Shown here: positions 52,601 through 64,000 of the stretch, in pieces
How positions within the stretch are numbered: position 1 is the stretch's first letter
Layout of the letters: each line of letters opens with the position of its first letter
Source of the DNA: Blasia pusilla
Lineage: Eukaryota
Assembly (NCBI GenBank): GCA_050084515.1
Contig: CM114271.1
Span: 30,318,001-30,382,000 of the forward strand
DNA length: 64,000 nt
Direction of reading: 5' to 3'
Notes under the pieces: model-generated
Told to the model about the DNA's origin: nothing
What the model saw: only the letters and a program-made list of their open reading frames with translations
Databases searched by the model: none
Made by a program: the position numbers and the translations under genes

Positions 52601-52935
52601 TCGCCTTCCGATCCTCCACAAGACAGGAAAACGATCCACGTATGGCAGGAGGACTGCAATTTCCAGGCATTCCATGAAGACACAGAAGAAAGCTAATATA
52701 ATCTTCTACTCGTTGGTTAGAAACCCACCTTAAACTTGACGATAGGGCTCTTGCTTTCAAGCCGCTTCAGAGTGTACTCCAGCATCTCGCGCACGATGTC
52801 CAATGGTGAGTTCCTCAAAAGAGTACAGATCTCTTCCAGGAGATAAACAGGGGATACTTTGTCTTCATCTGTGGTGATATTATCTATCAGCCGGCTTCGC
52901 CTGTATGCCTCGACTGCCCTCACGCTGGACTGCAT
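49695..52935 (-). CDS. MTV1: MODIFIED TRANSPORT TO THE VACUOLE 1 (tepsin-like ENTH/VHS AP-4 accessory protein); exons 52935-52729, 52452-51700, 51325-51167, 50930-49917, 49736-49695
   Basis: RAVEAYRRSRLID..T.DEDKV.PVY.LEEIC, LFHYKGQPDPLKGDALNRAVRDTAHE, PGGVRLQPTRE, SWQVRFKALC, C-terminal KEDTKAFDFITDH; all introns GT-AG in consistent phase. Confidence 0.92.
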
Positions 52936-53689
52936 CCTCACTGTCCTTTCTTCCACAAGATCTTAAGCTCTCACCAAAATGTCCAGGAGATCGGTGCTTT
53001 CATTTAATTTCTTTCACCTGGCAAACGAATCCGGTACTTGACCTAAAATATACAGTTTTCTATGCAGCGGGAATCAAAATTCTGGCAAAAAGCACCCAGG
53101 GGTTTTTTCAGGTCTAATCCTGCGCCGTAGCGATGAAAAAGCCAATCCTCGGAAAATTGGGCCTCCTCCCTCCACAGCCACTAACTGATCCAGCCCTCAA
53201 ATTTGGGGCATGGCGTGCTCCGTAATCGATCGGACATCCAACCAAGCGGCTGAAGAGACGATTCCCTCGTGAGAATCCAGCCACTTGATTCACACACTAA
53301 AACATCAGCTGCAAATTCTTTTCGTCACAGTGACGACAGTAGTAGCCCCATACTCCCCAGACTGTAAGATCTGCAAAACGAATTCACCACACCCTTCCCT
53401 CCTCCACCCTGTCCAGTTCTCCTCACCTCCCCTCCAAATCGTTCCAGATCATCACACTCTTCATACTCCACCAAATCAGCCAACACCCGCCCCCACGTTT
53501 TCAGCGATCGACCAGCACCTCTCTCTCTTCCCCCGATCTCCAAACCTCTCAAAACCCCAATCAGTCGTCACCAAAACCCCCGCCACCCCTTTCTACCGCT
53601 CGCAGCCTTCGTCCACCTCCTCGCCCTGGCCCTGGCCCTCGTCCCTCTTCCTTCTCCCTCTCCTCAGAATCCGGAACCTCACCCGCTCC

Positions 53690-53762
53690 GCCTCCTCCTC
53701 CTCCTCCTCCTCCTCCTCCTACTTCTACTTCTACTTCTACTCCTCTCCTCTCCTCTCCTCTC
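53690..53762. repeat. Pyrimidine-rich microsatellites (CCT)n, (CTACTT)n, (CTCCT)n in the MTV1 5' region
   Basis: Direct reading of the sequence. Confidence 0.85.
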
Positions 53763-56616
53763 AAAGCAGTCTGCAGATCGGCCTCGTCTGCGAGACGCAA
53801 CGATCTCTAATTCTTCATGCAGATCGGGAGCGCTCGGTCGAGCATGACTCCTGCCATCGCCGCAGTGCCCTCTCACCTCACCTCCGCTCCGCTCCGCTCT
53901 CGCCTCTCCTGAAACACGACCGCTCCCAGAGTGTCTCACATCACAGTTGACGTCCTGTGCGCTTTCGGTTTTCTACAGTGCCCTCGTGTCTCTTTTGTCT
54001 TCGCCCCGGCCGGGTGTTCCCCTACTCTCAGGCCAGGCCAGGCCGCTCTCAGTCCCCTTCATTATTATGGCTTCCCCACATCTTCTTTCTCTCTCTCATT
54101 CATTCATTCATTCGCTCCTGTCCTTTATTTCCGGTTTTCTTGTCCTCTCTTGTCCTCGTTCACCACTCCGCCCGACGGAGTCACTCGACCCGTACTTCTG
54201 ACTTCGGCCATGAGTCAGCCAGACGTCGTCCACCCGGGGTAGGTTAGTATTTTTCGGACTAGGGTTGGTTATGTAAGCGGAGTCGCGTTTTCGATGGAAG
54301 ACATTTGGCTGTTTGAATTTCCGGAAATCTTTAAAATCTTTACTAAAATTGTCACACTCGTGTTTAAAAAAAATTGTTTAGCGTCTCATTTCTTTTCCTC
54401 TTAATTTAACTCTTCTTCTCTTTAATGTTCTCCTCTTATTTAATTCCTTCTCTTCAAATGACATGTGTGGACGCCCGAGAAGAGGGGTTCTCTAATCCCA
54501 TCCTTTTTTAATAGATGGGTGGGAGAACAAGCTAAGAAGTCGGTCACATGATGGATCATCCACTTTTCTACAAATTCAACTAAGTGCAAATTATTTGTAT
54601 TTGTGTTGGTAAGTTGTTGGTTTTTTTTCATTCCAGTGTGTATCATTTTACTCCACTTCTTGGGATTTTTTTTCCCCTCTTTTGAGGTTTGTTATGATAA
54701 TGAAATGGATCAGAATGTATTGGCGGGCAATGTAGAACGAATTAACCATAAACTCTACTTCCGAAAAAAGGATTTGGGTAAGTTTTGAGCCTACATGTAA
54801 TAGCAGCTCATGTGAATCTCCCCTTGCTTGTGGTGGGCTTCTCTTGGAGAACCGGGCATTTTAAGAGGAGCTATATGATGCCAAAGGACCCTCTCTAAAC
54901 CATATTTAATATGCCCTATTGAGTGGATATCTATCTATGTAAAGCTAAATTCAATTAAAACAGTACACATCCAATTGCTCATTATGCGCCACTTGTTCAT
55001 TTCCATTCTTTAGTAGTGTTTTAAGGCACACCAAACAAAATTATTATACTAAATTTTTCTTGAGATAAATAAATAATTCTTTTGTGTAAAATATGGATTT
55101 TGCACTTAACATACCTTCCTTTTCATAATTAGACAAGATATTCATTGTGTTATGCTTTGCATCCTTCTTAACACTTGTTCTTAACTAAAGTTACAAACCT
55201 CAATCATCCTCCTAACTTCTAACCTCAAGAATTGTTTTTAAATCCACCATTTGCTTACTCCACTAATTTCTCAATTGGAGTAGTGGCTTCCCATTTCTCA
55301 AGGAGAAAAGTATGATATAGTCTTTGAATATAATCACAAGAAACAATAAAAGTCCTCCCCACTAATACTTCCAGTGCAATATAATTAATATAATATTAGA
55401 TAATGAAAATAAAATGTTCCTTTATAGAAAATCCTCCTTTCATATCCTCTACCTAAAGAGAAAAAGAAATACGAACAATTTGAGAGGGTAAATATTCAAC
55501 TTATCCCGTTTGAAACAAAGGGAGTAGGAGGATAAGCCACCAAATTGTAAGGCCATTGCACTCTAAGACAAAAGACAATATGGAAAAAGAGGATGCCAAA
55601 ATTCATTATGTACGAAACAAATGAGAATAGAAGAATCAAGTAAATCCAAGGCTATGGTTCACCAAAAATTGATAAATGAAGTTTCCCCTTTGGAATAACC
55701 TCGCTTGGTGCAAAATTGATTTTTGGAAAAGAGACATTTTTAGGGATGAAATTGTCCACTACTTAAACACACCTCAAAATAAAAACCAATCAATGGCTTG
55801 GACATGGGACTCAATTGGCAACTAATCGTCAACATCATTTTTATCCAATTACAGGATCATGTGGCTTGGCTTGTATGCTATGCCAAGGTTTTCTCAAATT
55901 TCCAAAGAGCTTAGGTATCCCAAGAAAAACTCCTTTTGCAAATCTTGTGTCTTGCACTTTGATTGCGGAGTGTGTGAGAGGAATGCAACTAGGATGAGAG
56001 AAATGCAAACTAGCCAAATACATATGAACATCCAAAAGTTCATAGAACCCATTATGACAAATTACAAGTTCATGGTCGATTGCAAGATCAAAACGTAGTT
56101 ACAATGCAAATTGATTGTTTTGAATTCCACTTCGTGGGATACACCCTTAATTGAAATTTTGAGATTGCAAGATGTAACGTAAATCCACTTGGTTTGTATT
56201 CCAACCAATAGTGTTCCCGAAACTTAATGCAATCGTTGTGAAATTTAATATCATACTCCTAAACTCCATATTGTAAAAATAAATACCCCAAATATATGAA
56301 ACCTACGCAACAAATATGGACTTTCCAAGTCATTGAAAATCAAGGAAAGAACAAGTTGGACACATGACATAACCACTTTGAATTAAAATCAAAGGATATC
56401 CATCACAATCATATTAAAGAGATAAAAGAAATCTAACTACAAACAAAATAGTTTACTTGTCTCAAAAATATTGAATGGACCCATGGAAGTAAAAGTTTTT
56501 ATATCTATATTGCTATTTGTGACAAGAACTCAACAATAAACATCTCCCTATTTTACACTTTTCCTTTGGGGTAGCCTCATGTTGTGACACTTGTTTCTTC
56601 TAATGACTTAGTTCCA

Positions 56617-59600
56617 TGTCGTGCGCATACACATCGCCACACAACATACATCGCTGTCACCGAACATACACACAAACATGCACGATCCCATGCTGACTCA
56701 TGGCATCCAAACAACGAGACAAGAAGTATCAAAATATCTCCAATAAAATAAGATCCAATCTCTCTCACAACATCATAGTTCTCACATGTGTGCACTCTCA
56801 CATATCTCTCTCAATGTCAAACCAAACCCACTCTCCTAATGAGAGGCTTGGGTTACACTCACAAGCCAAGGGACCATAGCTCCACCGCCTCGTGCCAAGA
56901 GGTTCAACAAAGAGAGAATAAGCTCTCAAGCTCTCTCTCCTTGAGGTATGTCCCTCCCCTCTCCCAAGCTCTCTCCATGGTAACCTATGCTGCCATGTCA
57001 CCTCCTTGGCTCTTGACCTGATGTAGGACGTCAAGGGCCACTAACAAAAAATAGAAAGTCAATCATATACTCAAAATGGTACTTACCTAAAATAGCAAGT
57101 TTCTTAATATGGCTCCAGATGAGCCAAAACAAAGGGGAAATTTGCTCTCTCAAGTTTCCCAGGGCCTCAATAGGTCATCCTCAATCTCATGGGTCTGTCC
57201 TCCACTACTCGCGAAGGCGCTCTACTAGATCTCACCGATCTATCCTAAAAGACCTGACAATTGTCGTGCGCATACACATCGCTAAACAACATACATCGTT
57301 GTCACTGAACACACACACAAACACACATGATCCCATGGTAATTCATGGCATCCAAACAATGCACAAGAAGTACCAAAATATCTCCAATTGCCCCCTTAGC
57401 TTGGGGTTAGGTCCTCTAACTCCAGATAGCCATCTATCCCTACCTACCATGACATACATCTCTTGTACGCTAAGAGCAAGAAGGTCGCGTGCTCATGTGG
57501 CCCAATCGTTAGTCGCCTTCTTGTCATCCATGTCACAGACATAAGTAAGAATATAGAACTACCTACTCTATGTACATCAAGGATACATCCATTGTCCATG
57601 AGGAACCCTAGTGAGAGGTGGCGTCAAGCATGCCATATGCCATCCTCTCGAACATCCATCACAAACTAGCATAGTGGCTGCACCACGGGCAGAACCACAC
57701 AACATACATCACAAGCCTGCACGAACTACTGCTAAGCTCGGATCAACTGTATCGTCAATGTTTGGAAGGTGACACGGCGCACAGTTACGCACATGATCCT
57801 TCCAAACCATATCATTGCGCCCCTCCAATAAGAGAACACCTCATGGCAAAACCTCATGCACTCTCAAGATGGTGCGCCTTGTAGTCACATCCAACGTCGT
57901 GAGCTTCGTCTGCTGCAAGTAGACATAATCTCCGTGTTAAAACCTCCGGATAGGATGAAACCACCTCCCCGAATAGTCGCATACCTCAACGTATCCCGAT
58001 GTTGCGCAATCGCCAAGTTCTCAAACGCCATGGGCATCACTCTCCGAAACAACTCAACCGTGTGAGAACATGCTTGCATCCATACATCAGGATCATCAAG
58101 GTTCAACACCTCACCAACATCTTGACGAATAGTTTTAGGTAAATCTCGCTCTCGTCCAAACAAAAGCAAGTACGGTGAGAAAGATGCTAAGGATGTCTGC
58201 CTGCTGAATTTGTATCCCATCGCCAACCACGGCAACTAGAGATCCCAATCTCCTAGGTGACCTCTCTGCAAGCCATACTTGCGTAGTCCTCTCTTCATCA
58301 TCTACACAACCCGCTCCCCTATTCTATCCACCTCAAGATGATCTCGCGAAGTAGTGCGGTGGTCGATCAATGCCTGATGACACAAGGCCTAAAACTCCCC
58401 GCGGAACGCTGTACCCTGGTCTGTCAACACCTCAACTGGTATGCCGTAATGACTCAACACTCAATCTAGGAAGGCATATGCTAATCCCTCACTCGCTTTG
58501 TTAGGCAATGCAATGAACTCTATCCACTTTGAGAAGTGCTCAATCATCACCAACAGATAACGACTATGACGCTCTGTCAAAGGCAAAGGTCCTGCAAAAT
58601 CCAAACTCCATCTATAACCTAAACTCATGATCAAAAGTGGATGCAACTGTGGAGTCGGAGCATTGAACGATGCTCGGACTCAATCATACACCATACATCT
58701 AGCAACAAAGTGATAAACATAAGTCTGCATGCCTCGCCACCAATACTGAATCTGGAGCAAGTTATACGTCCCCTTCACTCCAAAATGACCCAACTCCTCG
58801 TGGGCATGATGCACCAAACGTGCTCTCTGCAAAGAATGAGGAACTACACGCACTCTACCATCCTCCCACACTCGCAACACATGTGCTCCCTCCCACCCGA
58901 ACCATCTGGCTCACTCTAGGATCCGATCCCGCTCTCTAGCACCCATTGTGCTCGTGACGCTGCCAGTATGTAGGTACTCCAAGACCACTCCATCGTCATG
59001 AATGTCTCGGCCACCTGTTATCTCCTCACCGGCCTCTGCATCTAAGGACTCTCTATCAGACCTCGCCATCGAAGTCTCAAAAATTTGGTTGTCCATAGCT
59101 AACAAGCCCAAATAGGCTCGCCAAATAGGTTGACACATGCCATCCTAGCACCAACTCCTCATCACTCTCACCATGCCAACGAGCTCCAGTCGCATCTCGC
59201 CAACTCGGGCATGGATTACGGCTCAAACCATCTGCATCTTGGTTGAGCGTCCCAAGTCTATGCACCACTTGGAAGACTTACTCCTGCAACAAAAGAGCCC
59301 ACCTTGCAAGCTTCCATGTAAGCTTGTCCGACTCCATCAACCACTTAAGTGGTTGATGATCAGTAATGATGGTAAAGGGATTGCCGAATTGATAACATCT
59401 GAAATGTGCGACAGCCCACACTACAGCCAAGCACTCACCCTCATACGAGCTATACTTCGCCTCTGCAGCGTTGTGCAAGTGAGTAGCGTAAGCCACCACG
59501 AACTCTCTACCATCATTGTCATGTTGGGTGAGCGTGGATCCAAGCCCCAACATGCTCCAATCGGTATGCAATTGGAAAGAATGCCTCTTAATCGGTTTCC

Positions 59601-62600
59601 TCAATATGGGCACGAACGTCAATCTGTCCTTGAGCATATTAAATGCTCTCTCCTACTCATCCCCCTAGTGCCACTCCTGATCCACCTTGGTAAGCAAAGT
59701 CAGAGGATTCACAATTGAGCTAAAACCTTTGACGTACTGTCGATAGAAGTTCGCCAATCCCATGAATGCACAAACTCGACTCACATCTGTAAGGCGTGGA
59801 ATGCGTGAAATAGCCTCTACCTTCATCTGCTACACACCAAGGCCCCCTTAGTATATCGTATGACCCAAGTACTCAATGTGGTTGTAGTAGAACTTGCACT
59901 TGTATGGATGTAGCTTCAGCCCATGTAACTGCAATCGTCGAAAGACCTCCTCTAGATGTCGCTCATGCTCCTCAACGATGTCATCAATCTAACACCTAGC
60001 AAAATTGAGACATGCCAAGATCCTATCCATGACCCTCTGAAACTCAGGCGGGGCGTTCTTTAACCCAAATAGTAAGAACCGCCACTGGTACAAGCAATCC
60101 TTCATGTGAGGATCGATGCCCCAAAATACCATCTTCTGCCTGTCCTCCAATCTGACAGGAAAATGTTGGTATGAGGCTCAAAGATCTAACGAACTGAAGA
60201 CCTTTGCATGCCCAATAGCATCAAAGATCTCCTCAGGAGTGGGCATGGCATACCTATCGCACTTTGTTTCCCGATTGATAGGTTGGTTATCTCCACACAT
60301 CCGTCTATCCGTCTTATTGCCATGCACATCCTTCTTGGCAAGCATGACACTGGCAGATGCATACTCTCCATGCAACATCTCCACTAGTCCTGCGCCAACC
60401 AAGTCCTGGCTCCTACTCTCAATTAGAGCCCTTTCCATGTCACTGTACTTGGAGGCTCGTCGGAAGATTGGCGTGCCACTCAACAACTCAATTCAAATCC
60501 TTGGACCCTTCAGCATACCCAAATTATGCATATTAAATGCAAAACAACTCCTATAACTCCAAGGGAACTGTTGTATCCGGTGCCGCTCTCCTCCTATCAA
60601 TTTAGGGCCTATATCTGGCTCCCAAGTGTCCATTGTAACTACGATAGGACTCTTCGGCGTGCGTGTCGGTGGTTGCTATGGTGGAACCCCATCTCGGACA
60701 ACAAAACTTGATTGCTCCCGTGTAGCCAACTACAAAATCGGATCTCCATTTGCAGTACCTGGAACCACGCTCAATGTTGTGGCTACCATCTTCTGGTGTA
60801 TCTGCAAAACATCCCAAGAAGTCCAAGGGTGTCTCTCCTGATTACCCCTGGTATGTCGATCTCCTCGGGTCTTGCCACCAGCCATTGCCTCAACCATCTC
60901 GGTAGGCATGGGGCTCACCAACGCAAATTTTGTGATCTGTCGCATCCTCAAACGACGTTGCTCAACTACTCCTAAACTGAAAATCCATGTCAAGCAATTT
61001 AGGTCCATCGCCTGACCCAAGACATGACATCATGATGCTTTCGATAGTGATGGCACTACCATCACTCATGTGGGGAATCCCATCGCTCACTCTCACTCAT
61101 CGGTGTTGGGCTCCACCAACCTCTGTACCTGGTCATCCCAAACCAAGCCAGGTCCGGCCTCCTTGAATGCATGGGAAGCAAAAAAACTCACCAATATGGG
61201 AAAGGCTACTTGTGGCATGCCAATCCTATTGACCACAGTCAAAGGCGGTCAATCATTATGCCTCACTACCTGTGATCAACGGTCCGGATCCAATATAGAA
61301 TCCACCAACAAATCAGAGGGACGCTCCATTCTCGCATAAACCCTCTTCAATATCTCATGTGGTACCAAGTTGGTCCACCAAAGACGCAGGCAATGTGCTC
61401 TAGAACCTACACTCTCCGCATCTAACAACAGTGACGGGCCAATCCATGCGCAGACTTGATGTGCACTTGTCACCACGCGGGACTTCGAATCGCCCAAAAT
61501 CGGCATATTCTCCAAAATGTATGTTGGAGAAGGAGGCTAATGCTCATGTAAATGTCGCAAGATCCGCATCATCTCCCAAAATAACATGGACCGAGTGTCA
61601 GATAACCCACTGCCTCGTTCAACACTCGATTGGCCCTGACACGGTCAACCAACAATGACCAAGTCTATGGTCCACTCCAAGTCCTGCGCCCCCAACAATG
61701 AAATATCCCTCGGTAGGGAACTCTAGTAATCTGGAATGGCGGATGCAGACAACAAGTTCAGAAAACAAAGGCATAACTGCATCACATGGTGAAGTGAAGC
61801 GCGCCTTGCAACATCATCTATCTCCACATATAGGTAATGTTGCACGCGCACTCCAATGTGCAAAAAAAGAGCTAACCCAGTGCTGATCCCTCCAAAGAGA
61901 TCCAACACCCGAATATCCTCCTCTGGGATGCACCACACAATCGGGGTGGTATCCAAAGGGGTCATAGCAGCACTCCTGCCTACATGGGGTTCCTCTGACC
62001 CATCACACTCTAGTGCAAACTTCTTGCTCGACGCGGTTACACATGCTCAGTGGCTAAGCGTCGAAGCTCCTCAATCAAGCCCCAAAGCGACACCTCTCCT
62101 CCTTGGACTGATACGGCTACTATGACACTCCTCTCCATAGAAATGTCAAGAACAGGAGTATCCTCTGCGTGGACATGTCCCTCAATCAAATCACTAGGCC
62201 AAGTGATGGCACTGCTAAATGCTGCTAAGGTCGCCATCTCTCCACGCCGTCGCTCGATCATTGCACCTGTGAATTGAATGGGTGATGACTTAAGGCGCCC
62301 ATCACCTGACTGCCATCCTGGTCTGTAGGACGCTGACTATTCCCAATAATCAAGGGAAAACCCCATCGGGTATAAATATTGCTCCACCAACCAAGACGTC
62401 GTAGGACTCTGCATCAGTCATTATTGCCTTGGCTTGCACCACGGACTGATTTGTAGGATGTCCCTGGCGAATCCTCACTATGACCTCCTGTCGGGTGATA
62501 AATTGTGTGGTACTTGCTCCACCCAAGGATGTCTCTATCTGGAATGGATAACGCTCCACATTGGCTCTCCTCAAGCCTAATCCTCTTAATGACGCTTTCC

Positions 62601-63659
62601 CCAACATCATGGGTTGTGCTCTTTAATCCAACAAGAGGCAGTGCGGACTAAAAGCTCTACCTCATGGACTCATCAACTGGAAGACCTCTCCCCGGTTATC
62701 TAGCAAAAAAACACCAGGAGAAGCCATGGCACGCTCTATCGCGGGTCTAGCGGGCATTTCCGTCATCCTAGTAGTCGCAGCCTGCCATGAATCTTACGTG
62801 GATAGTCCAAGCATCAGCTCTAAGGGCAGGTCCATCACCTCCTCTGCAATCACCTATGAACGTGATGCAAGAACTCCAACTCCACGCTCATATAGCCTAG
62901 CGGCCAGCCTCGGTGGACGTACCTCCCAACGTCATAACATCGGAAGCAGAAAATAAAGGAGCTCGGTACACAATGGTGGTCGCCCCCAACAACGTGCTCG
63001 ACACATGCCCCTCCTGAGCATCAGCAATAGGAGTCGTCGCACTCGCTTCTCTCATCGCCCTCCATGCCTGCACACCAACAACATCACCAACTCTCGAGGA
63101 ACTCTGATAAGGACCCATCAATGGGGTTCTCATCGCCTAGGACAACGTGAAAGACTAAGGAAGCCTAGTCTGTTACTTGGCTTTCCCTCGCTATGGATCC
63201 AACTCTGCGGCTGCTCCATGCATCACAACTGCATTGGCCTCCATTTGGGCAACTACGCACATCTAACCAAGATCCTCTATATCTCTGGATGCTCCATATG
63301 ATGTCGATGCCACGGATCTGGCATCGGGTAACCTCAATTCCATAGCGGCAATCTGCTCCTCTAGATGCTGTATCCGAGTAGCCATCCCAGCCTCATGCCG
63401 AGCGTCTCCCTCAACACGTCTAGGTGGTGGGACTCTACCTCCTCCATGGGCAGATCCACCACCCTGTCGGGCAACTCCAGCTCCTTGTCCCCCAACGGGA
63501 CCACCTGTTGGACTATCTCTAGGCACACGTGGATCGGCTACTCGCTCTGGTGCCCTCTCTGGCCCTCGGTCCGGACGTAACTCAGGGTGTAAACTAAAAC
63601 ACGTGGCACATGTGTGACCATATCTCTGAAAATAGTCACACTGATAACCTCTTGGTGCA
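56617..63659 (-). mobile_element. Element 3: family-2 DNMT/PHD gypsy retrotransposon; 5' end lies beyond a nested insertion and the window edge
   Basis: A 56617-56744, B 56745-57259, spacer AT, A' 57262-57388, G-tract; then decayed PHD (~57567-57712), integrase, RNase H, RT (C*IDDI), MTase (~60990-61915: VLDLFGGISTG, G*PCQ, ENM, RAHCLRLWWTN, GQAMDL), protease and gag. Confidence 0.92.
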
Positions 63660-64000
63660 TGTTGTGCGTATATATATCGCTACACAACATACATCGTTGG
63701 TCACATCTATACCACACAACATCGATCTTCTCCCCACACGGGTAGATCCAGACATGTATAAAAATTAACTCATACATATACATGGAGATCACACAACAAA
63801 AATAAAGAGTAGTAAAAACGGCACACTCGGCCTAAAACTCCACTCCTCAATCTACATCGGCATATCGAGCCTCGTCCACCCTACGTTATCAAGGAATCCG
63901 GACGCTAGCACCCTAGTCCTATCTCACACACATACAAGAGAGGTCCTCCAACGGCCCAACATAAGAAAGATGCCTTAGGAAAGCCATCTTCCTCTCTTAT
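63660..64000 (-). mobile_element. Element 4: A+B terminus of a family-1 copy nested in the gag of element 3 (continues past the window)
   Basis: TGTTGTGCG start; A ~63660-63797 and B from ~63798 match 30773-31114. Confidence 0.9.

Noticed and set aside
53285-54247. Several 75-221 aa ORFs upstream of MTV1
   Set aside because: Low-complexity translations of CT-rich microsatellite UTR/promoter sequence with no domain motifs.

Overview
Eukaryotic, intron-containing, TE-rich plant DNA; a non-seed land plant such as a bryophyte is inferred from the gene content. It holds three host genes: an intronless holocarboxylase synthetase/biotin-protein ligase (+, ~14.1-16.1 kb), a multi-exon tandem GT49 (LARGE-like) glycosyltransferase with a PL14-like C-terminal domain (-, 18.7-25.8 kb), and MTV1 (-, 49.7-52.9 kb). 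There is also a CACTA element and a decayed MULE/SWIM transposase-like gene. The main discovery is a group of Ty3/gypsy-type retrotransposons in two families (one full-span copy, one internally deleted copy, one running off the window, a nested end, a solo repeat and an old relic). Their pol carries a Dnmt3-like C5 DNA methyltransferase between protease and RT and a PHD finger after a DDE integrase. They lack normal LTRs: in coding orientation the layout is B-gag-pol-PPT-A'-(2 nt)-B-A, with TG..CA ends and 4-bp TSDs. The internal A'/B joint is a head-to-tail CA-NN-TG junction of the two ends, and the PBS position is complementary to the predicted RNA 5' end (self-priming). These features fit a model in which the integrase cuts a junction inside the LTR of circular cDNA; one copy (41208-45246) has the structure predicted for a one-LTR circle. 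All copies are decayed. Protein family calls are by-eye motif recognition; no database searches were run.
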